A stretch of 64,000 nt of DNA from Betaproteobacteria bacterium (lineage in GTDB: Bacteria; Pseudomonadota; Gammaproteobacteria; Burkholderiales; SG8-39). The stretch is taken from NCBI GenBank assembly GCA_037443705.1, contig JBBINV010000011.1, forward strand, positions 3,667-67,666. Direction: 5' to 3'. Positions 33,867-42,757 of the stretch are shown here, piece after piece. The notes beneath the pieces are model-generated. The model did not search any database and was not told the DNA's origin. It saw only the letters and a list, made by a program, of their open reading frames with translations. The position numbers and the translations under genes were made by a program. Each line of letters begins with the position of its first letter. Position 1 is the stretch's first letter.

Positions 33867-35177
33867 CGCAGCGACGCAAGGCCCTGTTCCATTTCGCCGG
33901 GATGAAGCACGTGCAGCCCCGGCTCGCGCGGCGCATCGCCGCGCGGGCACACGAGCAGCGTGCGCACCTCGAGCCCCAGGCCCCGCGCCGTGGCGACAAA
34001 GCGCCGGCGCGGCTCGTCCCAGGCGAGGAGCACCGCGATCACGCTCGCGAGGCTTGAGCGGCGCGCGAGCGCCGCGCGCGCGAGCGTGTCGAACCGGTCG
34101 GGCGGCGAGGGCTGCACGCCCGCGAGGATCTCGAGCATGTGCCCGGCGTGGAGCTGCCCGCGCCCCGCGGTGTAGGTGAGCGGCTCGCCCGCTACGAACA
34201 GGAGATCGAGCAGGCACTCCTGCGTGTCGATCGTGCACACGAACGAGGCCGCGAGCGCCACCGCCTCCTCGAACGCCGCGTCCTCGAGCGCCGCGCCCGT
34301 GTCCAGCACGAGCGCATGGCGCTCGTAGTACTCGTCCTGGAACTCCCTGACGATGGGCCGGCCCGCGCGCGCAAAGCTCTTCCAGTGCAGGCGGTGCAGG
34401 GGATCGCCGGGGCGGTAGTCGCGAAGCGAAAGGAACTCCTCCGAGTCGCCCGCGGAGGAGGCGAGCGACACGCCGCCAGGCTGGAAGCGCCGCCGGCCGG
34501 GTAGCACGATCGCGGGCAGCCGGTAGCGGCGCGGGAGCGCCGTGACGCTAGCGGGAAGCGGCAGGCGCGCGAGGCCGTACACGAGGCCGAGCGGGTCCGG
34601 GCGCCGTACGGTGAGGCCGGCGAGCTCGATCCTGCCGCGCCGGCGGGGCGTGAACGAGAGCTTCGCGGACACCGACTCGCCCGGCGCCACCGTATCCAGC
34701 TCCACCCCGCCTTCGGTTTCCGGCACGCGCCGCTCGATCAGCCAGCGCCAGCGGAAGTACCCCATCGCGCGGTCGAACCAGATGCGGTGCTCCTCGCCCG
34801 GCTCGCGCGCCGCGCGCCACTCGGCGTACGAGGGCCGGGGATCGCGAAACGCTTCCGCCACCGACGCACCCGCCAGGGGCCTGCGTCCGCGGTTCTCGAG
34901 CAGCACGCGGTACACGAAGGGCTCGCCGGCGGTCGCATGGCGCGGGAGCTCCCGCCGCGCCGCAAGGCGCGCGCGGAACGCGAGGCTCGCGAGCCACGCC
35001 AGCAGCAGCAGCGCAGCGAGGATCGTGAAGGCGCGCGCCGTAGCGGTGCGGGCGAGGTCAATTCCGGCCGCGCCCGCGGCGCCGGCCGCGCCGAGCGCGA
35101 GCCAGCCTGCCGGCGTGAGGCAGCCAGCGGTCGATCGCGGCCGCCAGGCGAATTGCCGCGTAGAGCGAGCGCCTCAC
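33863..35177 (-). pseudogene. DUF58 family protein with a +1 frameshift about 19 codons after the start (or a sequence error)
   Basis: GTG 35177 overlaps the moxR TGA and reads VRRSLYAAIRLAAAIDRWL. The continuation LTPAGWLALG...EPFVYRVLLE...LRDYRPGD.LHRLHWKSFAR is in the next frame from 35119. Total span 1315 = 3n+1. Confidence 0.75.
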
Positions 35178-36139
35178 GCCGGCGCCTTCACCTCCTTCAG
35201 GATCTCGGCGACGAGCGCGGCGCCGCTCGCGCCGCCGAACTTCGCCTGGGGATCGAGCACGATGCGGTGCGCGAGCACCGCGACCGCGAGCTCCTGGACG
35301 TGCTCGGGGCGGACGAACTCCTCGGAATCGATCAGCGCGAGCGCCTTGGCGGCCTGCGCGAGCGCGATCGTGGCGCGCGGCCCGCAGCCGAGCTGGACCT
35401 GCGGTGCGGTGCGCGTCCGGCGCACGAGCTCGACGATGTAGTGCTTGATCTCCTCCGCAATGCGCACCTCGCGCGCGCGCGCCTTCAGCGCCACCACCTC
35501 GTCGCGCGAGGCGACCGCGCCGATGCCGGCAAGCGGGTGGCGCAGATCCTGCGCGGAGAGCACCTCGGCTTCGGTAGCGGCGTCCACGTAGCCGAGCGCG
35601 AGACACATCGCGAAGCGGTCCATCTGCGCTTCCGGCAGGGGATAGGTGCCGCGGAACTCGACCGGGTTCTGCGTCGCGATCACGAAGAAGAGCGCGTCCA
35701 TCGGGTGCGTGCGCCCCTCCACCGAGACCTGCCCCTCGGCCATCACCTCGAGCAGCGCCGATTGCGTCCGGGGCGAAGCCCGGTTGATCTCGTCCGCGAG
35801 CAGGATCGAGGTGAACACGGGCCCGGCGCGAAATTCGAACGTCTGCTCCTTCTGGTTGAACACCGACACCCCCAGGATGTCCGAGGGCAGCAGGTCGGGA
35901 GTGAACTGCACGCGCGTGAAGCGCGCGCCGATCGACGCCGCGAGGCTCTTCGCAAGCGTCGTCTTGCCCGTGCCGGGAAAGTCGTCGATCAGTACGTGCC
36001 CGCCCGAGGCGAAGGCGGCGAGGAGCTTTCTCACCGCGTCATGCTGCCCGCGCATGACGCGCTCTATGTTCGTGGCGATGCGCGCCGCAAGCGCCGCTGC
36101 GTTGCGCGCGTCGATCGCGGGCCCGGAGGCGGCGTCCAA
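35174..36139 (-). CDS. moxR: MoxR-family AAA+ ATPase
   Basis: Probable TTG 36139; PGTGKT.LAK, RVQFTPDLLPSD..G, ADEINRASPRTQSALLE, ATQNPVE..GTYPLPEAQMDRF. Confidence 0.93.
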   Translation of the reverse strand: MDAASGPAIDARNAAALAARIATNIERVMRGQHDAVRKLLAAFASGGHVLIDDFPGTGKTTLAKSLAASIGARFTRVQFTPDLLPSDILGVSVFNQKEQTFEFRAGPVFTSILLADEINRASPRTQSALLEVMAEGQVSVEGRTHPMDALFFVIATQNPVEFRGTYPLPEAQMDRFAMCLALGYVDAATEAEVLSAQDLRHPLAGIGAVASRDEVVALKARAREVRIAEEIKHYIVELVRRTRTAPQVQLGCGPRATIALAQAAKALALIDSEEFVRPEHVQELAVAVLAHRIVLDPQAKFGGASGAALVAEILKEVKAPA

Positions 36140-36141
36140 CG

Positions 36142-37104
36142 TCAGGCCCCGCGGTCGCGCACAGCGCGGATCCGGCGCGCGAACTCCAGCACCGCGCGCG
36201 CGAGCGCGACCCGGTCCTCGACCGAGCGCATGATCGTGGGCGCCGATGTCACCGCGATCCCGCTCGCGCGGATCCCGTCCGCGAGCGCCTCGTCCTCGGC
36301 GTCGATCACGAAGCCGTCGATGAGCTTGCGGTACTCGAGCGCGATCGAGCGCGCCGAGACCTCGCGGCCGAGCTCGGTCATCATCTTGCCGGCCGAGCCC
36401 TTGAGCGCCTTGCCGCCCACGATCGGCGAGACAGCGACCACCGGCGCGCCGCGCCTGCGCAGGAGCTCGCGCATCCCGGGCACGGCGAGTATGGGGCCGA
36501 GGGTGTGGAACGGGTTCGCGGGGCAGAGCACCACCGCTTCCAGCTCGCTCGCGTGAAGCGCGGCGATCACCTCGTCGGAAACGCGCGCATCCTCCGCACC
36601 GGCGTACTGGAAGCCGGTCACGCGCGGCTCGCAGGCGTGCTGCATGAAATATTCGGGAAACGGGATCGCGCCTTCCTCGGTGAGCACGTGCGTGCGCACC
36701 GGGTCGTCCGTCATCGGCAGCACGCGCGCCGCGATTCCCAGTCGCTCGCAGAACGCGCGCGTCACTTCCGTGAGGCGCCGGCCGGCGCGCAGCGCCTCGG
36801 CGCGCAGGATCGGCGCGGCGGCCGAGCGGTCGCCGAGCCGCGGCAGGTCCGGACCGCCCAGGCGCCGCACCATTTCGTGCAGCGCGAAGGTTTCCCCCGC
36901 GGGCTCCCATGCGGCCTGCGGACTCGCGATGCCGGAGAGCGTGTACAGGATCGTGTCGATGTCGGGCGATACGGCGAGCCCGGCCTGCTCGTAGTCGTCG
37001 CCCGTGTTGACGATGACCGCGAGATCGCTCCCGCGCAGCCGGTACAGGCCGTCGGCGAGCTTCGCCCCCCCGACCTGCCCCGCGAGCGCGACGACGGTTC
37101 CCAT
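36142..37104 (-). CDS. CofD/FbiA-like 2-phospho-L-lactate transferase homolog (divergent)
   Basis: ATG 37104; GGAKL, VNTGDD, PDIDT.LY, LGDR, PMTDD, NP....PIL..PG, VSPIVGG.A.KG.A.K.M; several conserved positions are substituted. Confidence 0.8.
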   Translation of the reverse strand: MGTVVALAGQVGGAKLADGLYRLRGSDLAVIVNTGDDYEQAGLAVSPDIDTILYTLSGIASPQAAWEPAGETFALHEMVRRLGGPDLPRLGDRSAAAPILRAEALRAGRRLTEVTRAFCERLGIAARVLPMTDDPVRTHVLTEEGAIPFPEYFMQHACEPRVTGFQYAGAEDARVSDEVIAALHASELEAVVLCPANPFHTLGPILAVPGMRELLRRRGAPVVAVSPIVGGKALKGSAGKMMTELGREVSARSIALEYRKLIDGFVIDAEDEALADGIRASGIAVTSAPTIMRSVEDRVALARAVLEFARRIRAVRDRGA

Positions 37105-37126
37105 AGGCAATAGTGTACGATGGAGC

Positions 37127-37205
37127 GAAAAAGGGGTCAGGACCCTTTTCCGCAATCTTTTCCGCAATTGGCGCGTACTCGGAAAAGGGTCCTGACCCCT
37201 TTTTC
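37127..37205. repeat. Long-arm palindromic element, subtype C (AAAAAGGGGTCAGGACCCTTTT core)
   Basis: Perfect 26-bp arms 37127-37152 and 37180-37205 with a 27-nt loop, in the divergent cofD/eamA gap. Confidence 0.9.
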
Positions 37206-37218
37206 AATTCCAATCTCC

Positions 37219-38085
37219 GTGCTGCACGCGAAGCTCGTCCTGATGGCGGTGTTCTGGAGCGGCGTGTTTCCCGCCGTGAACGTGCTGCTCGCGAGCATGG
37301 GTCTTTATACCGCGGTGTTCCTGCGCTTCTGGTGGGCCGCGGTGATTCTGCTCGTGCTGCTCAGGTTTCGCGAGCACCGCCTGCCGCGCCTTTCGCCGCG
37401 CGAGGCGGTGCTCGCGATCGGCCTCGGGCTGATCGGAATCAGCGCGTACAACACGCTCTTCACCGCGGGGCTCGGGATGGTAGAGGCGAGCCGCGCCGCC
37501 CTCATCGTGCCGACCAATCCGGCGTTCACGGCGCTTCTTGCGGCGCTGCTGCTCAAGGAGCGCGTCGGCGCCGTGCGCGCGGCGGGCATCGCGCTTTCGG
37601 TTTCGGGCGCGCTCTGGGTGCTGTGCCGCGGCGATCCGCGCGCGTTCACGGCGCTCGAGCTCGGCGCGGGCGAGCTGATTCTCGTGCTCTGCATCTTCGT
37701 CTGGAGCGCGTACACCCTTCTCGGAAGGATCGCGCTCGCCACGATCTCGCCGCTCGCGCTCACGGCCTACTCGATGCTCGCCGGGAGCCTGCCGATGGCG
37801 ATCCCGGCCTGGTTCGAGCACGAGTCGCTCGCGCGCGTGACCTGGCAGGGCTGGGCCGCAATTGCGTACCTGGTCGTGTTCGGGACCGTGGTGCCGTTTC
37901 TCTGGTACTCCGAGGGTGTGAAGGCGCTCGGCGCCGCGCGCGCCGCGCAGTTCATCAACCTGGTGCCCCCGCTCGCGGTTGCCGAGTCGGTGCTGATCCT
38001 CGGCGAGCCGTTCACCCCGGCGCTCTTCGCGGGCGCCGGTCTGGTGGTCGCGGGGCTCTACCTCACCAACCGGCCGCGCTCATAG
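37219..38085 (+). CDS. DMT/EamA-family transporter
   Basis: Probable GTG 37219 (the ORF-track start at 37120 reads through the palindrome); about 10 hydrophobic helices in two EamA repeats. Confidence 0.88.
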   Translation: MLHAKLVLMAVFWSGVFPAVNVLLASMGLYTAVFLRFWWAAVILLVLLRFREHRLPRLSPREAVLAIGLGLIGISAYNTLFTAGLGMVEASRAALIVPTNPAFTALLAALLLKERVGAVRAAGIALSVSGALWVLCRGDPRAFTALELGAGELILVLCIFVWSAYTLLGRIALATISPLALTAYSMLAGSLPMAIPAWFEHESLARVTWQGWAAIAYLVVFGTVVPFLWYSEGVKALGAARAAQFINLVPPLAVAESVLILGEPFTPALFAGAGLVVAGLYLTNRPRS

Positions 38086-40086
38086 CCGCGCCGCGAGCTC
38101 CGCGCCCTCGCGCATCGCGCGCATCGCGTCGAGCTCGCCCGCCTCGCGCGCGCCGCCGATGCAGTGAAGCGTCCGGTCCTTCATCGAAAAGGGAACGAGG
38201 GGGGTCTGCCCGGCGCACACGATCACGGTATCGGCGGCAATCGTGCGCTCCGTGCCGTTCACGGCGACGTGCACGCCCGCGTCGTCGATGCGCCGGTACG
38301 CCACGCCGCCGAGCATCTCCACGCCTGCGCGCGCGAGCTCCATCCGCAGCGCCCAGCCCGTGGTCTTGCCGAGCGTGCTGCCGAAGGGCGTGGCAGAGCG
38401 CTTGAGCATCGTGATGCGATGCGCAGGTTGCGAAGGCGAGGGGGCGGTGGGCACCAGGCCGCCTGCGGTGGCGATCGCCGGATCGATGCCCCAGTGCTCG
38501 GCGAAAGCGCCCGGTTCGCGCTGCGCCCTGCCGCTCTCCAGGAGATAGAGCGCGACGTCGAATCCGATGCCCCCGGCGCCGATGATCGCAACGCGCTTGC
38601 CCGCGCGCACGCGGCCCGAGATCACGTCGGCGTAGCCGGCCACCTTGGGATGATCGATGCCGGGAATTTCGGGACGGCGCGGCTCGATTCCCGTGGCGAG
38701 GACGATTTCGTCGAAACCGGAAAGCTCCTCCGGATCGGGGGCGGCGCCGAGCATCACCCTCACGCCCGCCCGTTTCAGCCGCTCCGCGTAATAGGCGACC
38801 GACTCGCCGAACTCCTGCTTGCCCGGGACGCGCATCGCGAGGTTGAACTGGCCGCCGAGGCGCTCGCTTCGCTCGTAGAGCGTCACGTCGTGCCCGCGCT
38901 CCGCCGCCACCGCAGCGCACGAGAGGCCCGCCGGGCCGCCGCCTACGATTGCGATGTTCTTTCGCGAAGGCGTCCGGGTGTAGACCAGCTCGGTCTCCCG
39001 GCACGCGCGCGGATTCACCACGCAACTGGCGACGCGGCCCTCGAAGATCTCGTCGAGGCACGCCTGATTGCACGCGAAGCAGACGTTGATCCCGGCGCGG
39101 TCGCCCGCGCGCGCCTTGTTGGCGAAGTCCGGGTCGGCGAGAAACGGCCGAGCCATCGATACCAAGTCGGCGTCGCCGCGCGCGAGGATTTCTTCCGCGA
39201 TCTCCGGCGCATTGATGCGGTTGGACGCGATCACCGGGATTCCGACCGCCTTCTTCAGGCGCCGCGTCGCCCAGGCGAAACCGCCGCGCGGCACGGCGTG
39301 CGCGATGGTAGGGATCCGCGCCTCGTGCCAGCCTACGCCCGAGTTGAGCAGGTCGGCGCCCGCGGCCTCGATCGCACGCGCAACCTGCGCGACCTCGTCG
39401 CCCGAGAGCCCGCCCTCGACGAGATCGAGCACCGAGATGCGGTACTGAAGCACGAAGTCAGGCCCGCAGCGCTCGCGTACCCGGCGCACGATTTCCACGG
39501 GAAGGCGCATCCGGTTCTCGAGCGGCCCGCCCCAATCGTCTGCGCGCCGGTTGGTGCGCAGGCACAGAAACTGCGTGAGAAGATAGCCCTCCGAGCCCAT
39601 GATCTCCACGCCGTCGTAGCCCGCCTCGCGCGCAAGCGCCGCGGCGCGCGCGAACGCCTCGATCAGCGCCTCGATTTCCGCACCGGAGAGCTCGCGCGGC
39701 GCGAACGGATTGATCGGCGCCTTGAGCGCCGAGGGCGCCACCGCGTCGGCGCGCTTCGCGTAGCGCCCGCCGTGCAGCAGCTGCAGCAGAATCCGGCCGC
39801 CGGCCTCGTGCACCGCGCGCGGGATGGCGCGGTGCCGCTCGCGGTCCTCGGCATCCATCATCGTCTCGCGCCAGGGGCCGAGCGAACCTTCCACCGTGGG
39901 CGAGAACGCGCCGGTGACCATCAGCGCGACGCCGCCGCGCGCGCGTTCGGCGTAAAACGCGGCAAGGCGTCCCGGGCCCTCGGCCATCGGCTCGAGGCCG
40001 GTATGCATCGAACCCATGAGAATCCGGTTGGGGAGCGTGAGGTGCGCGACGCGCAGGGACGAAAACAGGTGGGGGTAGCTTTGCAT
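38080..40086 (-). CDS. fadH: 2,4-dienoyl-CoA reductase (FMN/Fe-S/FAD)
   Basis: ATG 40086 (TAGAAT -10 at 40120-40115); NRILMGSMHTGLE, GSEGYL, GVGWHEARIPTI, C..CNQAC, GGGPAG. Confidence 0.93.
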   Translation of the reverse strand: MQSYPHLFSSLRVAHLTLPNRILMGSMHTGLEPMAEGPGRLAAFYAERARGGVALMVTGAFSPTVEGSLGPWRETMMDAEDRERHRAIPRAVHEAGGRILLQLLHGGRYAKRADAVAPSALKAPINPFAPRELSGAEIEALIEAFARAAALAREAGYDGVEIMGSEGYLLTQFLCLRTNRRADDWGGPLENRMRLPVEIVRRVRERCGPDFVLQYRISVLDLVEGGLSGDEVAQVARAIEAAGADLLNSGVGWHEARIPTIAHAVPRGGFAWATRRLKKAVGIPVIASNRINAPEIAEEILARGDADLVSMARPFLADPDFANKARAGDRAGINVCFACNQACLDEIFEGRVASCVVNPRACRETELVYTRTPSRKNIAIVGGGPAGLSCAAVAAERGHDVTLYERSERLGGQFNLAMRVPGKQEFGESVAYYAERLKRAGVRVMLGAAPDPEELSGFDEIVLATGIEPRRPEIPGIDHPKVAGYADVISGRVRAGKRVAIIGAGGIGFDVALYLLESGRAQREPGAFAEHWGIDPAIATAGGLVPTAPSPSQPAHRITMLKRSATPFGSTLGKTTGWALRMELARAGVEMLGGVAYRRIDDAGVHVAVNGTERTIAADTVIVCAGQTPLVPFSMKDRTLHCIGGAREAGELDAMRAMREGAELAARL

Positions 40087-40290
40087 TTCCCGGAGCTTTT
40101 CCTGTTCCAGCCCCATTCTAGCTGGGCGTGACGAGCACTGTCCCCGCGAGAATCAAAACGCCGCCGGCGAGCGCGGCCGGGCGCAGCGTGTCGGCCGGCG
40201 TCATCATGCGTCGAGGGTAACCGGGAAGGGCCCGGAAGACGATGTCCGAAAACGGCGAGCGGCGGCCGCGGCGCGGCGCATAATGCGCGC

Positions 40291-41739
40291 ATGGTGCTCG
40301 ATGCCGCGACCTGCTACCGCGCGATGCGCTCGCACGACGCGCGCTTCGACGGCCGGTTCTTCGTGGCGGTGTCCTCCACGCGCATCTACTGCCGGCCGGT
40401 GTGCACGGTGCGGCCGCCGAAGCGCGAGAACTGCCGGTTCTTTGCGAGCGCGGCGGCCGCCGAGGCAGCCGGCTACCGGCCGTGCCTGCGCTGCCGCCCC
40501 GAGCTCGCCCCCGGGAACGCCTCGATCGATGCGACCTCGCGCCTCGCTCAGGCCGCGGCGAGCCTGATCGAGGACGGCGGCCTCGACGGCGATAGGCTCG
40601 GCGAGGTGGCGTCGCGGCTCGGGATCAGCGACCGGCACCTGCGGCGCGCCTTCGGTGCCGAGTTCGGTGTCGCGCCGGTGGCGTTCGCGCAGACGCAGCG
40701 GCTGCTGCTCGCCAAGCGCCTGCTCACCGACACGCGGCTGCCGGTCACGGAGATCGCGTACGCGAGCGGCTTCCGGAGCCTGCGCCGCTTCAATGCGCTC
40801 TTTCGCAGCCGCTACCGGCTGAGCCCCGGGCAGCTGCGGCGCGCGGCGGCCGCGCCGGCAGCCCCCGATGCGCACGAGTTCGAGCTCGGCTACCGGCCGC
40901 CGTACGACTGGCGTGCGATGATCGCGATTTTCGGCGCGCGCGCCATCGCCGGCGTGGAGTCGGCGCAGGACGGACTTTACCGGCGCACGGTTCGAGTCGT
41001 CACCGCGGGGCGCGAGCACCGCGGCTGGATCGAGGTTGGCCTTTCGATGCGCAGGGCCGCGCTTCGCGTGCGCCTCGCGCCTTCGCTCGCGAGGGCGATC
41101 CCCCCGGTGCTCGCGCGCGTGAAGTCGCTCATGGACCTCGCCTGCCAGCCGCTCGAGATCGCCCGGGCGCTCGGCGCGCTCGCGCGGCCGAATCCGGGCC
41201 TTCGCGTGCCAGGCGCGTTCTGCGGGTTCGAGGTAGCGGTGCGCGCGATCCTCGGCCAGCGCATCTCGGTCGCCGCGGCGCGCACGCTCGCCGGGCGCTT
41301 TGCGGAAGCATTCGGGGAGCCGGTCGCGTCGCCTTTCGAGTCCGTAAAGACGGTTTTTCCATCCCCCGAGCGGATCGCGGACCTGTCCCACGCGACAATC
41401 GCCCGCATCGGAACGACGGCGGCGCGCGGCAAAACGCTCGCAGCGCTCGCGCGGGCGGTGGCGGACGGAAAGCTCGTCCTCGCGCCCAATGTCGGCGTGG
41501 AGGCGGCGCTCGCGAAGCTTCGCGAGCTGCCCGGAGTCGGACAGTGGACCGCGCAGTACATCGCAATGCGCGCGCTCGCCTGGCCGGACGCCTTTCCGCA
41601 CACCGACCTCGGTGTGATGAAGGCGCTCGGGGAGTCGCGCCCGGCACGCGTGCTCGCGCGCGCCGAAGCATGGCGCCCGTGGCGCGCGTACGCGGTGATG
41701 CACCTGTGGCAATCGCTCGAACGGAAGGAATCGGCATGA
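40291..41739 (+). CDS. alkA: Ada metal-binding/AraC-HTH fused to AlkA 3-methyladenine glycosylase (AdaA-AlkA)
   Basis: DARFDGRFF, YCRPVC and CLRCRPE Zn motifs; HLRRAF HTH; ILGQ..SV; PGVGQWTA HhH; FP..DL. Confidence 0.92.
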   Translation: MVLDAATCYRAMRSHDARFDGRFFVAVSSTRIYCRPVCTVRPPKRENCRFFASAAAAEAAGYRPCLRCRPELAPGNASIDATSRLAQAAASLIEDGGLDGDRLGEVASRLGISDRHLRRAFGAEFGVAPVAFAQTQRLLLAKRLLTDTRLPVTEIAYASGFRSLRRFNALFRSRYRLSPGQLRRAAAAPAAPDAHEFELGYRPPYDWRAMIAIFGARAIAGVESAQDGLYRRTVRVVTAGREHRGWIEVGLSMRRAALRVRLAPSLARAIPPVLARVKSLMDLACQPLEIARALGALARPNPGLRVPGAFCGFEVAVRAILGQRISVAAARTLAGRFAEAFGEPVASPFESVKTVFPSPERIADLSHATIARIGTTAARGKTLAALARAVADGKLVLAPNVGVEAALAKLRELPGVGQWTAQYIAMRALAWPDAFPHTDLGVMKALGESRPARVLARAEAWRPWRAYAVMHLWQSLERKESA

Positions 41740-42224
41740 AAGTCTTCGACTACTACGACAGCCCCCTCGGACGCATGATGCTCGTCGCGAACGAGGCGGG
41801 GTTGGCCGGGGTCCACTTCCTGGGACAGAAGCATGTCCGCAGCGCGAAGGGGCTGGCCCGCTCCGGTTCTCACCAGGCATTGAAGGCCGCCAAACGGCAA
41901 CTGCACGAATACTTCTCGGGAAAGCGCAGGCGCTTCGACCTCCCCCTTGCGCCCGAGGGGAGCGAGTTCCAGCGCGCGGTGTGGAAGGCGATCGCGGGCG
42001 TGCCGTTCGGCGAGACGATCAGCTACGCCGAGCTCGCGCGCCGCGCCGGCTGCCCGGGCGCCGCGCGCGCCGCCGGCGCCGCCACCGGCCGCAACCCGAT
42101 CGGCATCATCGTGCCCTGCCACCGGATCGTGGGCTCGGACGGCACGCTCACCGGCTACGCCGGCGGGCTGGAGAAGAAAAAGCGGCTTCTCGCTCTGGAG
42201 GCCGGGGCGGGCAGCCTCATTTAG
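41736..42224 (+). CDS. ogt: Methylated-DNA-protein-cysteine methyltransferase
   Basis: ATG 41736; FQ..VW, PFGET.SY, NP..IIVPCHR active site. Confidence 0.93.
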   Translation: MKVFDYYDSPLGRMMLVANEAGLAGVHFLGQKHVRSAKGLARSGSHQALKAAKRQLHEYFSGKRRRFDLPLAPEGSEFQRAVWKAIAGVPFGETISYAELARRAGCPGAARAAGAATGRNPIGIIVPCHRIVGSDGTLTGYAGGLEKKKRLLALEAGAGSLI

Positions 42225-42738
42225 GGCAGGGCGGAAATTCCTCGGCGGCGTTGCGGTAGAGCGCGCCCAGGCTGTAGGCGTGGCGCGTGCGCTCCTCGCG
42301 GCCGCCGCGCCACGGCGAGCCGTAGGTCGTGTCTTCGATCGAGAGAAGCAGGGGCGCCGGAGCGAGTGTGTCGGGCAGCGCGGGCATCGGCCCGTCCGCC
42401 GCGAAGGAGAGCCTCACGCCGACCTCGCGGCCGCGCGACAGGATCGGCTCGTCGCGCACGTCGCTCACCCGGGTCGCGGCAACGCGCCGCTCGCGCGCCT
42501 GTCGCTCCAGCGCGTCAAGCCCGAGCAGCACACCCGGAGCCGCCGCGAGGCCCAGAACTCCCGCGGCGATGAGCGGGAGCGTGCCCCGGTGCGACGCCCA
42601 CCACGTGAGGGCAACCGCAGCCACCAGGTAGGCGAGCGCCGCGGCGGCGAGTCCGGAAGGGCCGTGGCGCGCCACCGCGGCCAGCCAGAATGCCGCCAGC
42701 AACTGGAGCGCGGTGAACAGGATGGCGAGGAGCCGCAT
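42217..42738 (-). CDS. Hypothetical membrane protein (three N-terminal TM helices and a soluble tail)
   Basis: 173-aa ORF filling the gap after paaK; hydrophobic N-terminal half; no recognised motif. Confidence 0.55.
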   Translation of the reverse strand: MRLLAILFTALQLLAAFWLAAVARHGPSGLAAAALAYLVAAVALTWWASHRGTLPLIAAGVLGLAAAPGVLLGLDALERQARERRVAATRVSDVRDEPILSRGREVGVRLSFAADGPMPALPDTLAPAPLLLSIEDTTYGSPWRGGREERTRHAYSLGALYRNAAEEFPPCPK

Positions 42739-42757
42739 TCGCTCCCGCGGCGCGACG

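Noticed and set aside
35174-35176. Stop-codon read-through or selenocysteine fusing MoxR to DUF58 (the DUF58 body is in frame with moxR after TGA)
   Set aside because: The 18 codons after the TGA (GARSTRQFAWRPRSTAGC) look non-homologous, while the overlapping GTG frame gives a typical DUF58 N-terminus. A frameshift explains it better, and no SECIS-like hairpin was recognised.
37120-37218. N-terminal extensions of eamA (37120) and cofD-like (37167)
   Set aside because: Both are translations of the subtype-C palindrome; better starts are GTG 37219 and ATG 37104.
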